Source: a virus | Strand: one strand, 5' to 3' | Virus record (IMG/VR): IMGVR_UViG_3300044878_000062 | DNA: 64,000 nucleotides | Part shown: positions 56,453-64,000 of the stretch, piece by piece | Numbering within the stretch: position 1 is the stretch's first letter | Layout: each line of letters starts with the position of its first letter | Position numbers and translations under genes: made by a program | The notes under the pieces: model-generated | Told to the model about the DNA's origin: nothing | The model's database searches: none | The model's input: only the letters and a program-made list of their open reading frames with translations

Positions 56453-56758
56453 ATGTCTGACTTTAAAATCAAAGCATACCGAGGTGTCAATGGGACAGTC
56501 GTAGTAATAGCTGCATTGCAAATTTGCAAACGTCTAAACCGAGATCGTACGGGTCGTTTGAATACTGCCAAGGTTGTACTAGGTACGTTCAAGCGTGCGA
56601 ACTCTGAACTTGAAATTCTGAGGTTGTCGGTGGGAGCGTGGGACGGTACTTTGTGGGTTGACCCGCAATACCTCCACGAAGGGGAACTGGAAACAGTGAT
56701 ACTCACACCAGAGCAGCGCCAAAAGGTTAAGGATTCTCAACCACATAAAAGAAAGTAA
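56453..56758 (+). CDS. Hypothetical protein
   Basis: 101 aa, GGGGA RBS. Confidence 0.55.
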   Translation: MSDFKIKAYRGVNGTVVVIAALQICKRLNRDRTGRLNTAKVVLGTFKRANSELEILRLSVGAWDGTLWVDPQYLHEGELETVILTPEQRQKVKDSQPHKRK

Positions 56759-56782
56759 CTCTCTTTTCAGGGGCTCGTAGAA

Positions 56783-57220
56783 ATGGCTATCACGTTAATC
56801 GTATACCGTTTTGATAAACATCCCGACTCAGACGACATCCTGTTTTACATGGGCAACATTCCGAAGTACTCGGATACTGCTTTTGATGGAGTCGTGCTGG
56901 AGTGTCGTTCCGCTGGGAACCGGCCTCCGTATACCGTCTTCCGGGTGGTGGACTGTCAGCAAACGTCTGACACGTTCTTTGTGTTGTTCGCTGTGAATCA
57001 AACCTCCGAGCCCCTTGAGGGGTGTGTGTTGGAAGCAAGCTTTAAGTACGAGGACCAGATCGCTGAGGAGATCAGCGAGTGGATGTTACTTACAAGAACC
57101 AACCACGTACGTCCTACTCTACTCAGTAATGGCAACATTCTGTTTGAGCTGGATGGAGACCAAAGCTACATCGATAATAACTTCGAAGGCCTACGTCTCA
57201 ATAATCTAGAAACAATCTAA
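56783..57220 (+). CDS. Hypothetical protein
   Basis: 145 aa. Confidence 0.6.
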   Translation: MAITLIVYRFDKHPDSDDILFYMGNIPKYSDTAFDGVVLECRSAGNRPPYTVFRVVDCQQTSDTFFVLFAVNQTSEPLEGCVLEASFKYEDQIAEEISEWMLLTRTNHVRPTLLSNGNILFELDGDQSYIDNNFEGLRLNNLETI

Positions 57221-57231
57221 GGAGATTGTCA

Positions 57232-57600
57232 ATGAGCAATGTCGAAATCGTGAAGTACGATGAACCGGTAACCAATCCGTTCATCCGTGTGTCTATAGAT
57301 GTAAACACGGGTGTAGACCTGTCCGCTACCTTGTCTTCTTTTGGTAGCCCAGCCTACAAGTTCCGTCACTACTCGGTGAAAACTATCGAGATGACTGACG
57401 AGACCCACGATCTCGCTGCTGGTGCTCTGTTGCCGTTTGATAACAAGCGGATTGCTTTCCATGCTCCTGACTGTCATTTCTATTTGACAGCCAATCACGA
57501 TAACACTATTGTCCTCTTTACCGACTCGACTCCTAAGCTGAAACGAGTATGGCTGTGGATCATGTTGGAAAAGGTGGAGAAAGTTAATGTGCTATCGTAA
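57232..57600 (+). CDS. Hypothetical protein
   Basis: AAGGAG RBS, ATG 57232. Confidence 0.6.
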   Translation: MSNVEIVKYDEPVTNPFIRVSIDVNTGVDLSATLSSFGSPAYKFRHYSVKTIEMTDETHDLAAGALLPFDNKRIAFHAPDCHFYLTANHDNTIVLFTDSTPKLKRVWLWIMLEKVEKVNVLS

Positions 57601-57916
57601 TCGCAACACTGCTGTAAACGAACCTCGTTCTGCCACCATGAATATCCCGATGGACTTCAATCGTCAACACGGGGCTCGTGAAGTAGAACGGGGTCAGATC
57701 TCTGGTATTCGCGACAGCAAGATCGCTGGCCAGAAAATGGTACATGTAGGTGCTCGGTTGTACTACGTTGAAAAACGTCTCGCTGATTGTTTCAAACTGG
57801 AGGTGGGTCAGACTGTAAAGATTGTCCACTTCCAGGAACAGTACTACCTGTCCACTGTTTCGGATCGTAGGCCTCGGGTTTCTCGGGAACTACAACAATA
57901 CGCTAAACGCCGCTAA
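57587..57916 (+). CDS. Hypothetical protein
   Basis: 109 aa, GGAG RBS. Confidence 0.6.
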   Translation: MCYRNRNTAVNEPRSATMNIPMDFNRQHGAREVERGQISGIRDSKIAGQKMVHVGARLYYVEKRLADCFKLEVGQTVKIVHFQEQYYLSTVSDRRPRVSRELQQYAKRR

Positions 57917-57928
57917 CCTAAGGAGCCT

Positions 57929-58408
57929 ATGATGGCCATGTCCGATTGCATCAAATGTTGGGATACCCCGTGTCGCTGTGGTTACGACTACAGTCATTGG
58001 TCTGAGAAAGAAATCGAAGATCAGATCGCCATGTTCCAGAAGTTGTTGGCCAGCCGCCGAATGGAAGCCTTCCGTAGTGAAGGCGACATCGACGTGACGC
58101 TTCAGCCGAATGGCGACATGCTGATCTACTACCACGACATGATCATGTTGCGGGAGAAAGAGAAGCTTATCCAGTTCGACGTAGCCAAGGTTCATGACTC
58201 TGGCTTCATCAACACTGTCAGCAACAAAGACGGCTTGACGAAGATTACCTTGGTCGACTCTGGTCACGGTTACATCATGCCCGATGCTGCCTTCGATAAA
58301 CTGGAAGTCATGGTTGGCGAACGTGTAGCCATCATGCTCCACCACAAGCAGTACCGCATCTTCAAAACCCCAGCACGCATCACCCCAATCAAAACTAAAT
58401 CGAACTGA
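57929..58408 (+). CDS. Hypothetical protein with N-terminal CxxCW.TPCxCG motif
   Basis: SDCIKCWDTPCRCGYDY; AAGGAG RBS. Confidence 0.7.
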   Translation: MMAMSDCIKCWDTPCRCGYDYSHWSEKEIEDQIAMFQKLLASRRMEAFRSEGDIDVTLQPNGDMLIYYHDMIMLREKEKLIQFDVAKVHDSGFINTVSNKDGLTKITLVDSGHGYIMPDAAFDKLEVMVGERVAIMLHHKQYRIFKTPARITPIKTKSN

Positions 58409-58417
58409 GGAGTTCAC

Positions 58418-59041
58418 ATGGCTTTTGTAGACCTAGTACTGACCATCAATGAAGACGACAAGCCTGATGCTTACGACTTCGAACTGTTAGACGCGCTGGA
58501 CCAGATGTACCTGGTTACTCACTCGTTCACACCACGGACGCTGGGTTCGTATCTGGACGAAGCTCTGCGCCGTAGCAAGGCTTCCGATGGTACTTGGATT
58601 GGCCGTCGTCCTTTGTTGATGTCACAGTGTCTGCGTAACACTGGTAAAAACGAAGAGATGTTGGTCCTGCTTCCACGGGGTTCGACTTTCCGTGCAGCTA
58701 ACGCAGCTTACAGTTGGTTGCAGGTCAAAACTGACAACCACATCATGACCCAGGAGGACGATAGTGACATGCGCCACTTTGCGCATACCAACATCATTCC
58801 TTTGCTGGATACTCGTGGTGAGCTGTCTCGCTACCCGTTCGATGTCAAGATTGCTTACGACTTGATGTACACCATGAAGAAAGCCATGACTAAAGGTTTG
58901 ATCGGTCGTGGGGCGGTTGAGCGTGTCGAGTCTTTAGTCATCGACCCGAAGTATCCGGTTGCTGATCTAGGTGAGAATCTCGAGCCACGGGAAACCCGTC
59001 AACTGGCAATCAAGTTCACGTTCAAACTCGGCCCCTTCTAA
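58418..59041 (+). CDS. Hypothetical protein
   Basis: 207 aa, GAGGAG RBS. Confidence 0.7.
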   Translation: MAFVDLVLTINEDDKPDAYDFELLDALDQMYLVTHSFTPRTLGSYLDEALRRSKASDGTWIGRRPLLMSQCLRNTGKNEEMLVLLPRGSTFRAANAAYSWLQVKTDNHIMTQEDDSDMRHFAHTNIIPLLDTRGELSRYPFDVKIAYDLMYTMKKAMTKGLIGRGAVERVESLVIDPKYPVADLGENLEPRETRQLAIKFTFKLGPF

Positions 59042-59043
59042 GG

Positions 59044-59083
59044 CGGCATAAAAGCAGGGGCTCTCACCCCTGCTTTTTTTTTT
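59044..59083. terminator. Bidirectional terminator; reads hairpin-TTTTATGCCG on the minus strand
   Basis: cggcataaaagcagggg-ctctca-cccctgcttttttttt. Confidence 0.85.
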
Positions 59084-59088
59084 ACCTG

Positions 59089-59358
59089 TTAATGCCGGAA
59101 ACCGTAATCAGCAGTGTTCACGTACTCACAGGTCAAAGCGCCTGGAACGTTGCGCACGATGACTTGAGCGATACCCGTACAGTTGAACAGTTGTTCTACT
59201 TCTTCGGGCTTACACAGACCGTTGACGATCTTGAAGTACCGTTCAGTACCGTCATCCATAATCACGTAACCCGCACAGTGCTCGTGGCGGATCTGATACT
59301 CTCTGGATTCAAAGCACACCCGCAAGCGATCCATTACATCAAAGGACAACGGTTCCAT
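59089..59358 (-). CDS. Hypothetical protein
   Basis: 89 aa from ATG 59358, TGATG overlap with the small upstream ORF. Confidence 0.6.
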   Translation of the reverse strand: MEPLSFDVMDRLRVCFESREYQIRHEHCAGYVIMDDGTERYFKIVNGLCKPEEVEQLFNCTGIAQVIVRNVPGALTCEYVNTADYGFRH

Positions 59359-59465
59359 CAAACTAACCCCTTACGACAACCATGTACCCACAACCAGCAA
59401 CCCGATAGACCAATTGATAAAACGATGCCCGAAATCAACAAACACAGCTTTAACGATTCTTCCAT
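59358..59465 (-). CDS. Small hydrophobic peptide (35 aa)
   Basis: Manual ORF MEESLKLCLLISGIVLSIGLSGCWLWVHGCRKGLV after AAGGG. Confidence 0.45.
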   Translation of the reverse strand: MEESLKLCLLISGIVLSIGLSGCWLWVHGCRKGLV

Positions 59466-59476
59466 GAGTTAACCCT

Positions 59477-60646
59477 TTAGAAGCCAGAAAGATCAAACTC
59501 CACCTCAGCGTCGTCGCGTACTACGACGTTCACCTTGTACTGAGCATTGGCTTGCTCTTGTGGAGAAGGTTGGGTATCGCCCATGTTCATCCAGGTCTTC
59601 ATGTAGTGCAAAGGCAGTTTCTCTACCTGAGGGTACTCCATGTCGAGCTGGCAAGTACGAGCGATGTAAGTCGCGTGGAACAGTACCGAGTCCTTGAGTT
59701 GCTTCAAGGTGCAGTACTTGAGGTCTTCAACGATCTCACCCGTTTCGTCGTCAGTGAAAGCAAAGTCAGACCAGTTCAGCTCAGTCGAGATCACTTCGTT
59801 CAACACACGGTTCATGCGAGGACGCAACTGTTGGTAGGCAATCTGCCCACGTTCAGTAGTCATCTCGTGTTGGATTACCAGGAAGTCCAACTCGCAGTGA
59901 GTTTCGTATTCGTCCTGTGCAATCTTCTGCACCATTTTGCAGATCGGGATGAACAGGTCTTCTGCGGCCAATGCAAAGGTTACGCCGAAGGATGCCATGA
60001 ACTGGAGACGCTCCAGTACAAACATCATGAACGCAAACATGAACGCTGCGTTATACGTTTCCTGGTCAGCCGGTACGTCACCCAACTGGAAGCGCAAGCC
60101 ACGCTCACGTATCCACTTCATCTCCTTGGCTACTGTTTCCAGTCGTTGCATGGCCTCGGTGATGCTTAGGATCTTCTCGAGCACTTCACGTGGGTTGTCG
60201 AAGCTGGCGCGAACGATCTCGGAGTAGGTAGCCGCGTGAACGATTTCCTGGTCAGAGATACGTTGCCAGGCTGCCCACAACTCAGGAGCTGGGTTGAACA
60301 GGCTGACGATGTGACTGATGCTGCGAGAAGCGAAAGAGTCTGCCTCCCACTGCCAAGCCAGAGACTTGATCATCTTCTGGGACTTGGTACGCAGTAGCGG
60401 GTTCTTGAACTCTGCGTTACAGGACGACATCGGGATTTCGTTTTCATCCCAGTCGAGGGACTTAACGGTCTTGTAGACTTTCCAGATTTGCGGGAACTGC
60501 TTGTTCACCGTATCAAACAAACCGGCAGGCTGTCCTAACAGTAGGCTGGTGTTCTGATAGTCGGTTTTGTGCATGTTGAAAATTGCAGGGTCAATCACGG
60601 GGGGACTTTTGGGAAACCCCATTTGTAACATGATAGGTGCGGACAC
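59477..60646 (-). CDS. nrdB: Ribonucleotide reductase class Ia beta subunit
   Basis: W...E, D ligand, EIVHAATY, E..F.ASF, DE..H di-iron motifs; C-terminal PQE.....Y. Confidence 0.93.
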   Translation of the reverse strand: MSAPIMLQMGFPKSPPVIDPAIFNMHKTDYQNTSLLLGQPAGLFDTVNKQFPQIWKVYKTVKSLDWDENEIPMSSCNAEFKNPLLRTKSQKMIKSLAWQWEADSFASRSISHIVSLFNPAPELWAAWQRISDQEIVHAATYSEIVRASFDNPREVLEKILSITEAMQRLETVAKEMKWIRERGLRFQLGDVPADQETYNAAFMFAFMMFVLERLQFMASFGVTFALAAEDLFIPICKMVQKIAQDEYETHCELDFLVIQHEMTTERGQIAYQQLRPRMNRVLNEVISTELNWSDFAFTDDETGEIVEDLKYCTLKQLKDSVLFHATYIARTCQLDMEYPQVEKLPLHYMKTWMNMGDTQPSPQEQANAQYKVNVVVRDDAEVEFDLSGF

Positions 60647-60699
60647 TTAACTAATCTCTGAAGGCCTTAAAGGAAGGGGTCCCGAAGGACCCCAACTAA

Positions 60700-63207
60700 T
60701 TACATCTTGCAGCCGCCACTACCGCAATCGGCTTCTGGGACTTTGTCGGTGTTACGTACTTCGATCATCACGATCTCACCGTTGCTCAGTGTCTTGGCTT
60801 CGGTGGTCAGGGTGTTGTAGTAGTAACGCGACTTCAGGCCGTACTTGGTCATGCGGAAGAAACCTTCCAGCAGTTCAGTAGAGCCTACCGTTTCCCCTTG
60901 TGGCAAACGACGCCACAGGTCAGCAGAGAGGCCTTGGTCGGTCCAGTACTGACCGATTGCGTAGTTGTCGATCTGGTGTGTAAAGTGTAGATCCCACGCA
61001 CACTCGTAACGATCGCCCCACAGGTCGCCCTCAGGAGCAGCCCAACGAGACACGATACCGTTGTCGGTCTTGGTCATGACGATGTCACGAACAGGGTAAC
61101 GACTGTTTGGTTGTCCAGACGCCTTCGAGCTGGATTCACCTGGCATGTGAGAAGCTACGCACGAGAAGCGCATACCTTTGTTTTCGATCAGGGCTTGACG
61201 CACTGGAGCCCAGTCACGTTTAGGACGGACAGTAACCAGTTCGAGAACGTTCTGGTTTGCCGAGTCTTGCGGTAGGTAGCCTTCTGGCCAGCGGGTACGG
61301 TGCATCCATTCAGCATTACCACGCTCTTTGCCCAACTTGATCGACTGGGTGATCAGGTGGTAGAGGTGAGTCTCGTCGAGGTGGAACAGAGCGTCCTTAC
61401 CTTCCTGAGAGCTGTACTTCAGGTTGTTCTTCGCCATCCAGGTAGCCACACCCATCATACCCACACCAGCGTTCATACGAGCCTTGGACGTGTAGCCAAT
61501 ATGTGGCAACTCGTATTCAGCTTTGTGAATGCAGATGTCGATCATCAGCAAGGTGTAGTAGGTCACTTCACCGTACTGTTCGTCACTGTCGATGTTAGCC
61601 GGTACTACAGCGCCGATGTTACACATAGCCACTTCTGGTTCGTGCTTGATCTCTTTGATGGCGCAAACCGTGTGTGGCGATCCGTGTTCAGAGGTGCGGA
61701 ACTCTTCGCCCACTTGAAGTTCGATAGCCGGGATAATGCGTCGGGCTACACGACCAACAGCGGCACCTTCTGGAACACTGCGGTTAACGTAAACCTTGTC
61801 TGGAGCAGAGAGAGTGAACTCACGGTTGTTTTCGGTGTACAGTTTAATGTAGCCAACCGAGCTGGTGGCGTACAGGTCCATCATGTGTTTGTAACCACGC
61901 TGATGCAGCATGATTTCCTGACACAGGTTGGAAGCGAAGATCGGATCGTAGAACGGGGTGTGACGATTCATCTCGTCAGCCCAGGTCATGTAGTAACGAC
62001 CAGTCTCCAGCGCTTCAGTCAGAGCTACCAGCACCAGCTCACGAGCGTTGAAGTAATCCTTGACGAACATTGGGTCTTGTTCGTACTTCTCGTACAGCTC
62101 TTCGAACTTGGCAAAGTCTGCCGAGTAGAAAGCGTCGTACAGGTCAGGCGCTGTGAAGCTGTTGAACTTGAACAGTTTGCCTTTGCGACCAGCGAAGCGT
62201 GCTACGAACTTGGACAGCGTAACCGAGTAGTCGATACCACGGATCTGCTTCTCTTCCACCGACATCGGGTTCTGGAGTTGCAGGAGGGTTTCGTTCTCTG
62301 GGTCAAAGATCTGCCAGGTCAGAGTGTCAGCACCACCACGACCGTTTTGCAGGTTGGCTTCCACCATCGCTTTGGTAGCTTTGATGTACGGGAGTTTGCC
62401 TTGGTGCTTGATCATGCCACCACGAACAGCGTCGCCGAGCGAACGGGTGTTCAGGTGAGTACCACAACCAGCAGACATGTAGGTCATGGTGTAAGCAATG
62501 TGCAGACCGATACCGATCGAGGCAGCAGTGTCTTCGTTGCTATAGATGCAGCAAGAAGCGAAACCACGCAGCGGAGTACCCAGGTTCACGAAGTTCGGAG
62601 TTGGCGCGTTGATGCGACCGTCGCTCAGGTGCTCGTAGAACTTGACCACGTCATTCATACGACGATCACGCGGCTGCTCTTCAGCAAGGGCCATGGCCAT
62701 ACGCATGTACACGAACTGAGGCGTCTCGAAGACGTTGCGTTCTGCACCCATGCGGTTTTGCAGGGCGTACTTCTTGTAGATGTACTCACTGCGGAAATGT
62801 GGGTAGGTCTGGTCTTTCTTGTGGTCGATGACCTTTTGCATCTCGGCGTATTCAGCTTCCGAGTAATCCAGCAGGTACATGTAACCCATATCGGCAAGCT
62901 TGAGGTGCAGCTCACGGATAGTCGGCGTATGCTGACCGAAGGTCTTTTTCATGATCAGTGGGGCATACAACTTACCTGCCATCAGGTAGTGAGCCCAGCT
63001 TTCGCCACGCAAGGTGACGTCGATCAGCTTTTCCTGGAACTCTTGGGAGGTCATCACAGGAGGACACTCATTCACAGCGTCGAGGAGGATCGTAGGCCAA
63101 TCAACCCGGTTACCCAGTTTACGTGCAGCCCACTTACCCCACTTCGTAGCCTTCTCGGCCATGAAGGGTTCTCGACTCTTGTCGAATTTGATCATCTCTC
63201 GAATCAT
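60700..63207 (-). CDS. nrdA: Ribonucleotide reductase class Ia alpha subunit, with a Hint-like insertion
   Basis: ETPQ..YMR, PTP, ASCC, SNLCQEI, MPGESSS, YYY, C-terminal CGSGGC. Confidence 0.95.
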   Translation of the reverse strand: MIREMIKFDKSREPFMAEKATKWGKWAARKLGNRVDWPTILLDAVNECPPVMTSQEFQEKLIDVTLRGESWAHYLMAGKLYAPLIMKKTFGQHTPTIRELHLKLADMGYMYLLDYSEAEYAEMQKVIDHKKDQTYPHFRSEYIYKKYALQNRMGAERNVFETPQFVYMRMAMALAEEQPRDRRMNDVVKFYEHLSDGRINAPTPNFVNLGTPLRGFASCCIYSNEDTAASIGIGLHIAYTMTYMSAGCGTHLNTRSLGDAVRGGMIKHQGKLPYIKATKAMVEANLQNGRGGADTLTWQIFDPENETLLQLQNPMSVEEKQIRGIDYSVTLSKFVARFAGRKGKLFKFNSFTAPDLYDAFYSADFAKFEELYEKYEQDPMFVKDYFNARELVLVALTEALETGRYYMTWADEMNRHTPFYDPIFASNLCQEIMLHQRGYKHMMDLYATSSVGYIKLYTENNREFTLSAPDKVYVNRSVPEGAAVGRVARRIIPAIELQVGEEFRTSEHGSPHTVCAIKEIKHEPEVAMCNIGAVVPANIDSDEQYGEVTYYTLLMIDICIHKAEYELPHIGYTSKARMNAGVGMMGVATWMAKNNLKYSSQEGKDALFHLDETHLYHLITQSIKLGKERGNAEWMHRTRWPEGYLPQDSANQNVLELVTVRPKRDWAPVRQALIENKGMRFSCVASHMPGESSSKASGQPNSRYPVRDIVMTKTDNGIVSRWAAPEGDLWGDRYECAWDLHFTHQIDNYAIGQYWTDQGLSADLWRRLPQGETVGSTELLEGFFRMTKYGLKSRYYYNTLTTEAKTLSNGEIVMIEVRNTDKVPEADCGSGGCKM

Positions 63208-63353
63208 GGTTCCAAACCTTAATTTTGGGTGCTGGCGAAGGGACTTAAATTGTCCGTGACTATAACATTAGGTTCCGAAATTGCGGTCTTAAAAACACTG
63301 CTTGGAACTGACATACTGTTGTCCGGATATGTAGTTTTAGACGGTATCTATTT

Positions 63354-63389
63354 AAATACTTTTCAGACCTATATTACCCTAGTGCAATA
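63354..63389 (+). promoter_or_regulatory. Early promoter (TATATTAC 63370-63377)
   Basis: aaatacttttcagaccTATATTACcctagtgcaata. Confidence 0.85.
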
Positions 63390-63416
63390 CTAACCTAAAT
63401 GTTCTAAGGAGAACTC

Positions 63417-63983
63417 ATGAACTATCGTCAATTCAAGAAAGAGTACTTTAAAACCTTGTGTCTGCTGGGTTTGACTTCTGATCAAGCTGCTGTCTCAGCA
63501 GGTGGGTCTATGTTGCTCTACGGGTTGCGTCGTACTACCAGCGATATTGATCTGGACATCCCTTCAGCATTGTACGATCGTTTGAAGGAATCTGGTCAGT
63601 ATGAGGTCAAGACCTTTGCTCCTGCCCCTTACGCTGCCGAACATTTGAAATATGCTCCTTGTACTGAGTTGATCGTATTCAACAAGCGAGTAGACCTTCA
63701 TCGTGCTGAGCCATCGGTACACACGTTCATGTGGCGTGGGATTCGTAGTTGGTCGGGTACTGACGTGCGTCAACAGAAACGTGCGCTGGGTCGCGAGAAA
63801 GATCAGAAAGACATCAAGTTGCTGGCGCTTTGGTGTGCAGGTATTCGTAACTTCAAAGGGATGACTCCCGAACGAATTGAAGAACTGGCTAATCGGCAAC
63901 TGCAACCGCGTAGTGTACCGATTCGTAGTGTGGGTGAATCTGAGACCTGTCTGTATCGCCCAGGCGCATTGGGAGGTTTTTAA
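63417..63983 (+). CDS. Pol-beta-superfamily nucleotidyltransferase-like protein
   Basis: AGGSMLLYGLRRTTSDIDL catalytic motif; K...GREKD..DI C-terminal motif. Confidence 0.8.
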   Translation: MNYRQFKKEYFKTLCLLGLTSDQAAVSAGGSMLLYGLRRTTSDIDLDIPSALYDRLKESGQYEVKTFAPAPYAAEHLKYAPCTELIVFNKRVDLHRAEPSVHTFMWRGIRSWSGTDVRQQKRALGREKDQKDIKLLALWCAGIRNFKGMTPERIEELANRQLQPRSVPIRSVGESETCLYRPGALGGF

Positions 63984-64000
63984 TGAACGAGCGTGGCTGG

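Noticed and set aside
39843..63222. 554-aa (39843..41507) and 640-aa (61300..63222) antisense ORFs
   Set aside because: Exact antisense overlaps of nadV and nrdA caused by codon bias
63227..63256. Minus-strand ttaagtcccttcgccagcaccc resembling a tRNA 3' end
   Set aside because: No complementary 5' acceptor strand, no TTC loop and no cloverleaf; it is the nrdA leader

Overview
This window is a segment of a phiKZ-related (Chimalliviridae-like) jumbo bacteriophage genome, probably Pseudomonas-infecting (inferred from the dCTP deaminase sequence and codon usage). 1-11.7 kb is a virion structural block whose order and sizes match my recollection of phiKZ gp87-gp101, including an internal head protein with S-x-E maturation sites, and it is followed by tmk. 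12.4-29.5 kb is an array of 15 genes sharing one tail-fibre-like domain, plus one gene carrying only the associated C-terminal domain. The array ends in two tandem three-gene cassettes: two LamG-like heads (one with a discoidin insert) and an adaptor carrying 17-aa beta-strand repeats of two classes. 29.6-59 kb holds early/accessory genes: TAXI solute-binding protein, dcd, GIY-YIG endonuclease, Rmf-like, SLOG/DprA-like, a Prs-like + NAMPT-like pair (NARP1-type NAD+ reconstitution), Nudix-like, thyA, a YgiB/YgiC-like pair, an AlaRS-fragment-like protein and proteasome-beta-like proteins. 59.5-63.2 kb is nrdB/nrdA, with a degenerate Hint-like insert in nrdA, followed by a nucleotidyltransferase. 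TATATTAC early promoters and a recurrent GGCATA-hairpin-TATGCC intergenic element punctuate the window. The best candidate for an undescribed system is the duplicated A-B-C cassette, in which the adaptor may supply donor beta-strands that dock several lectin-like heads. All family calls come from motif recognition by eye; no database search was run.
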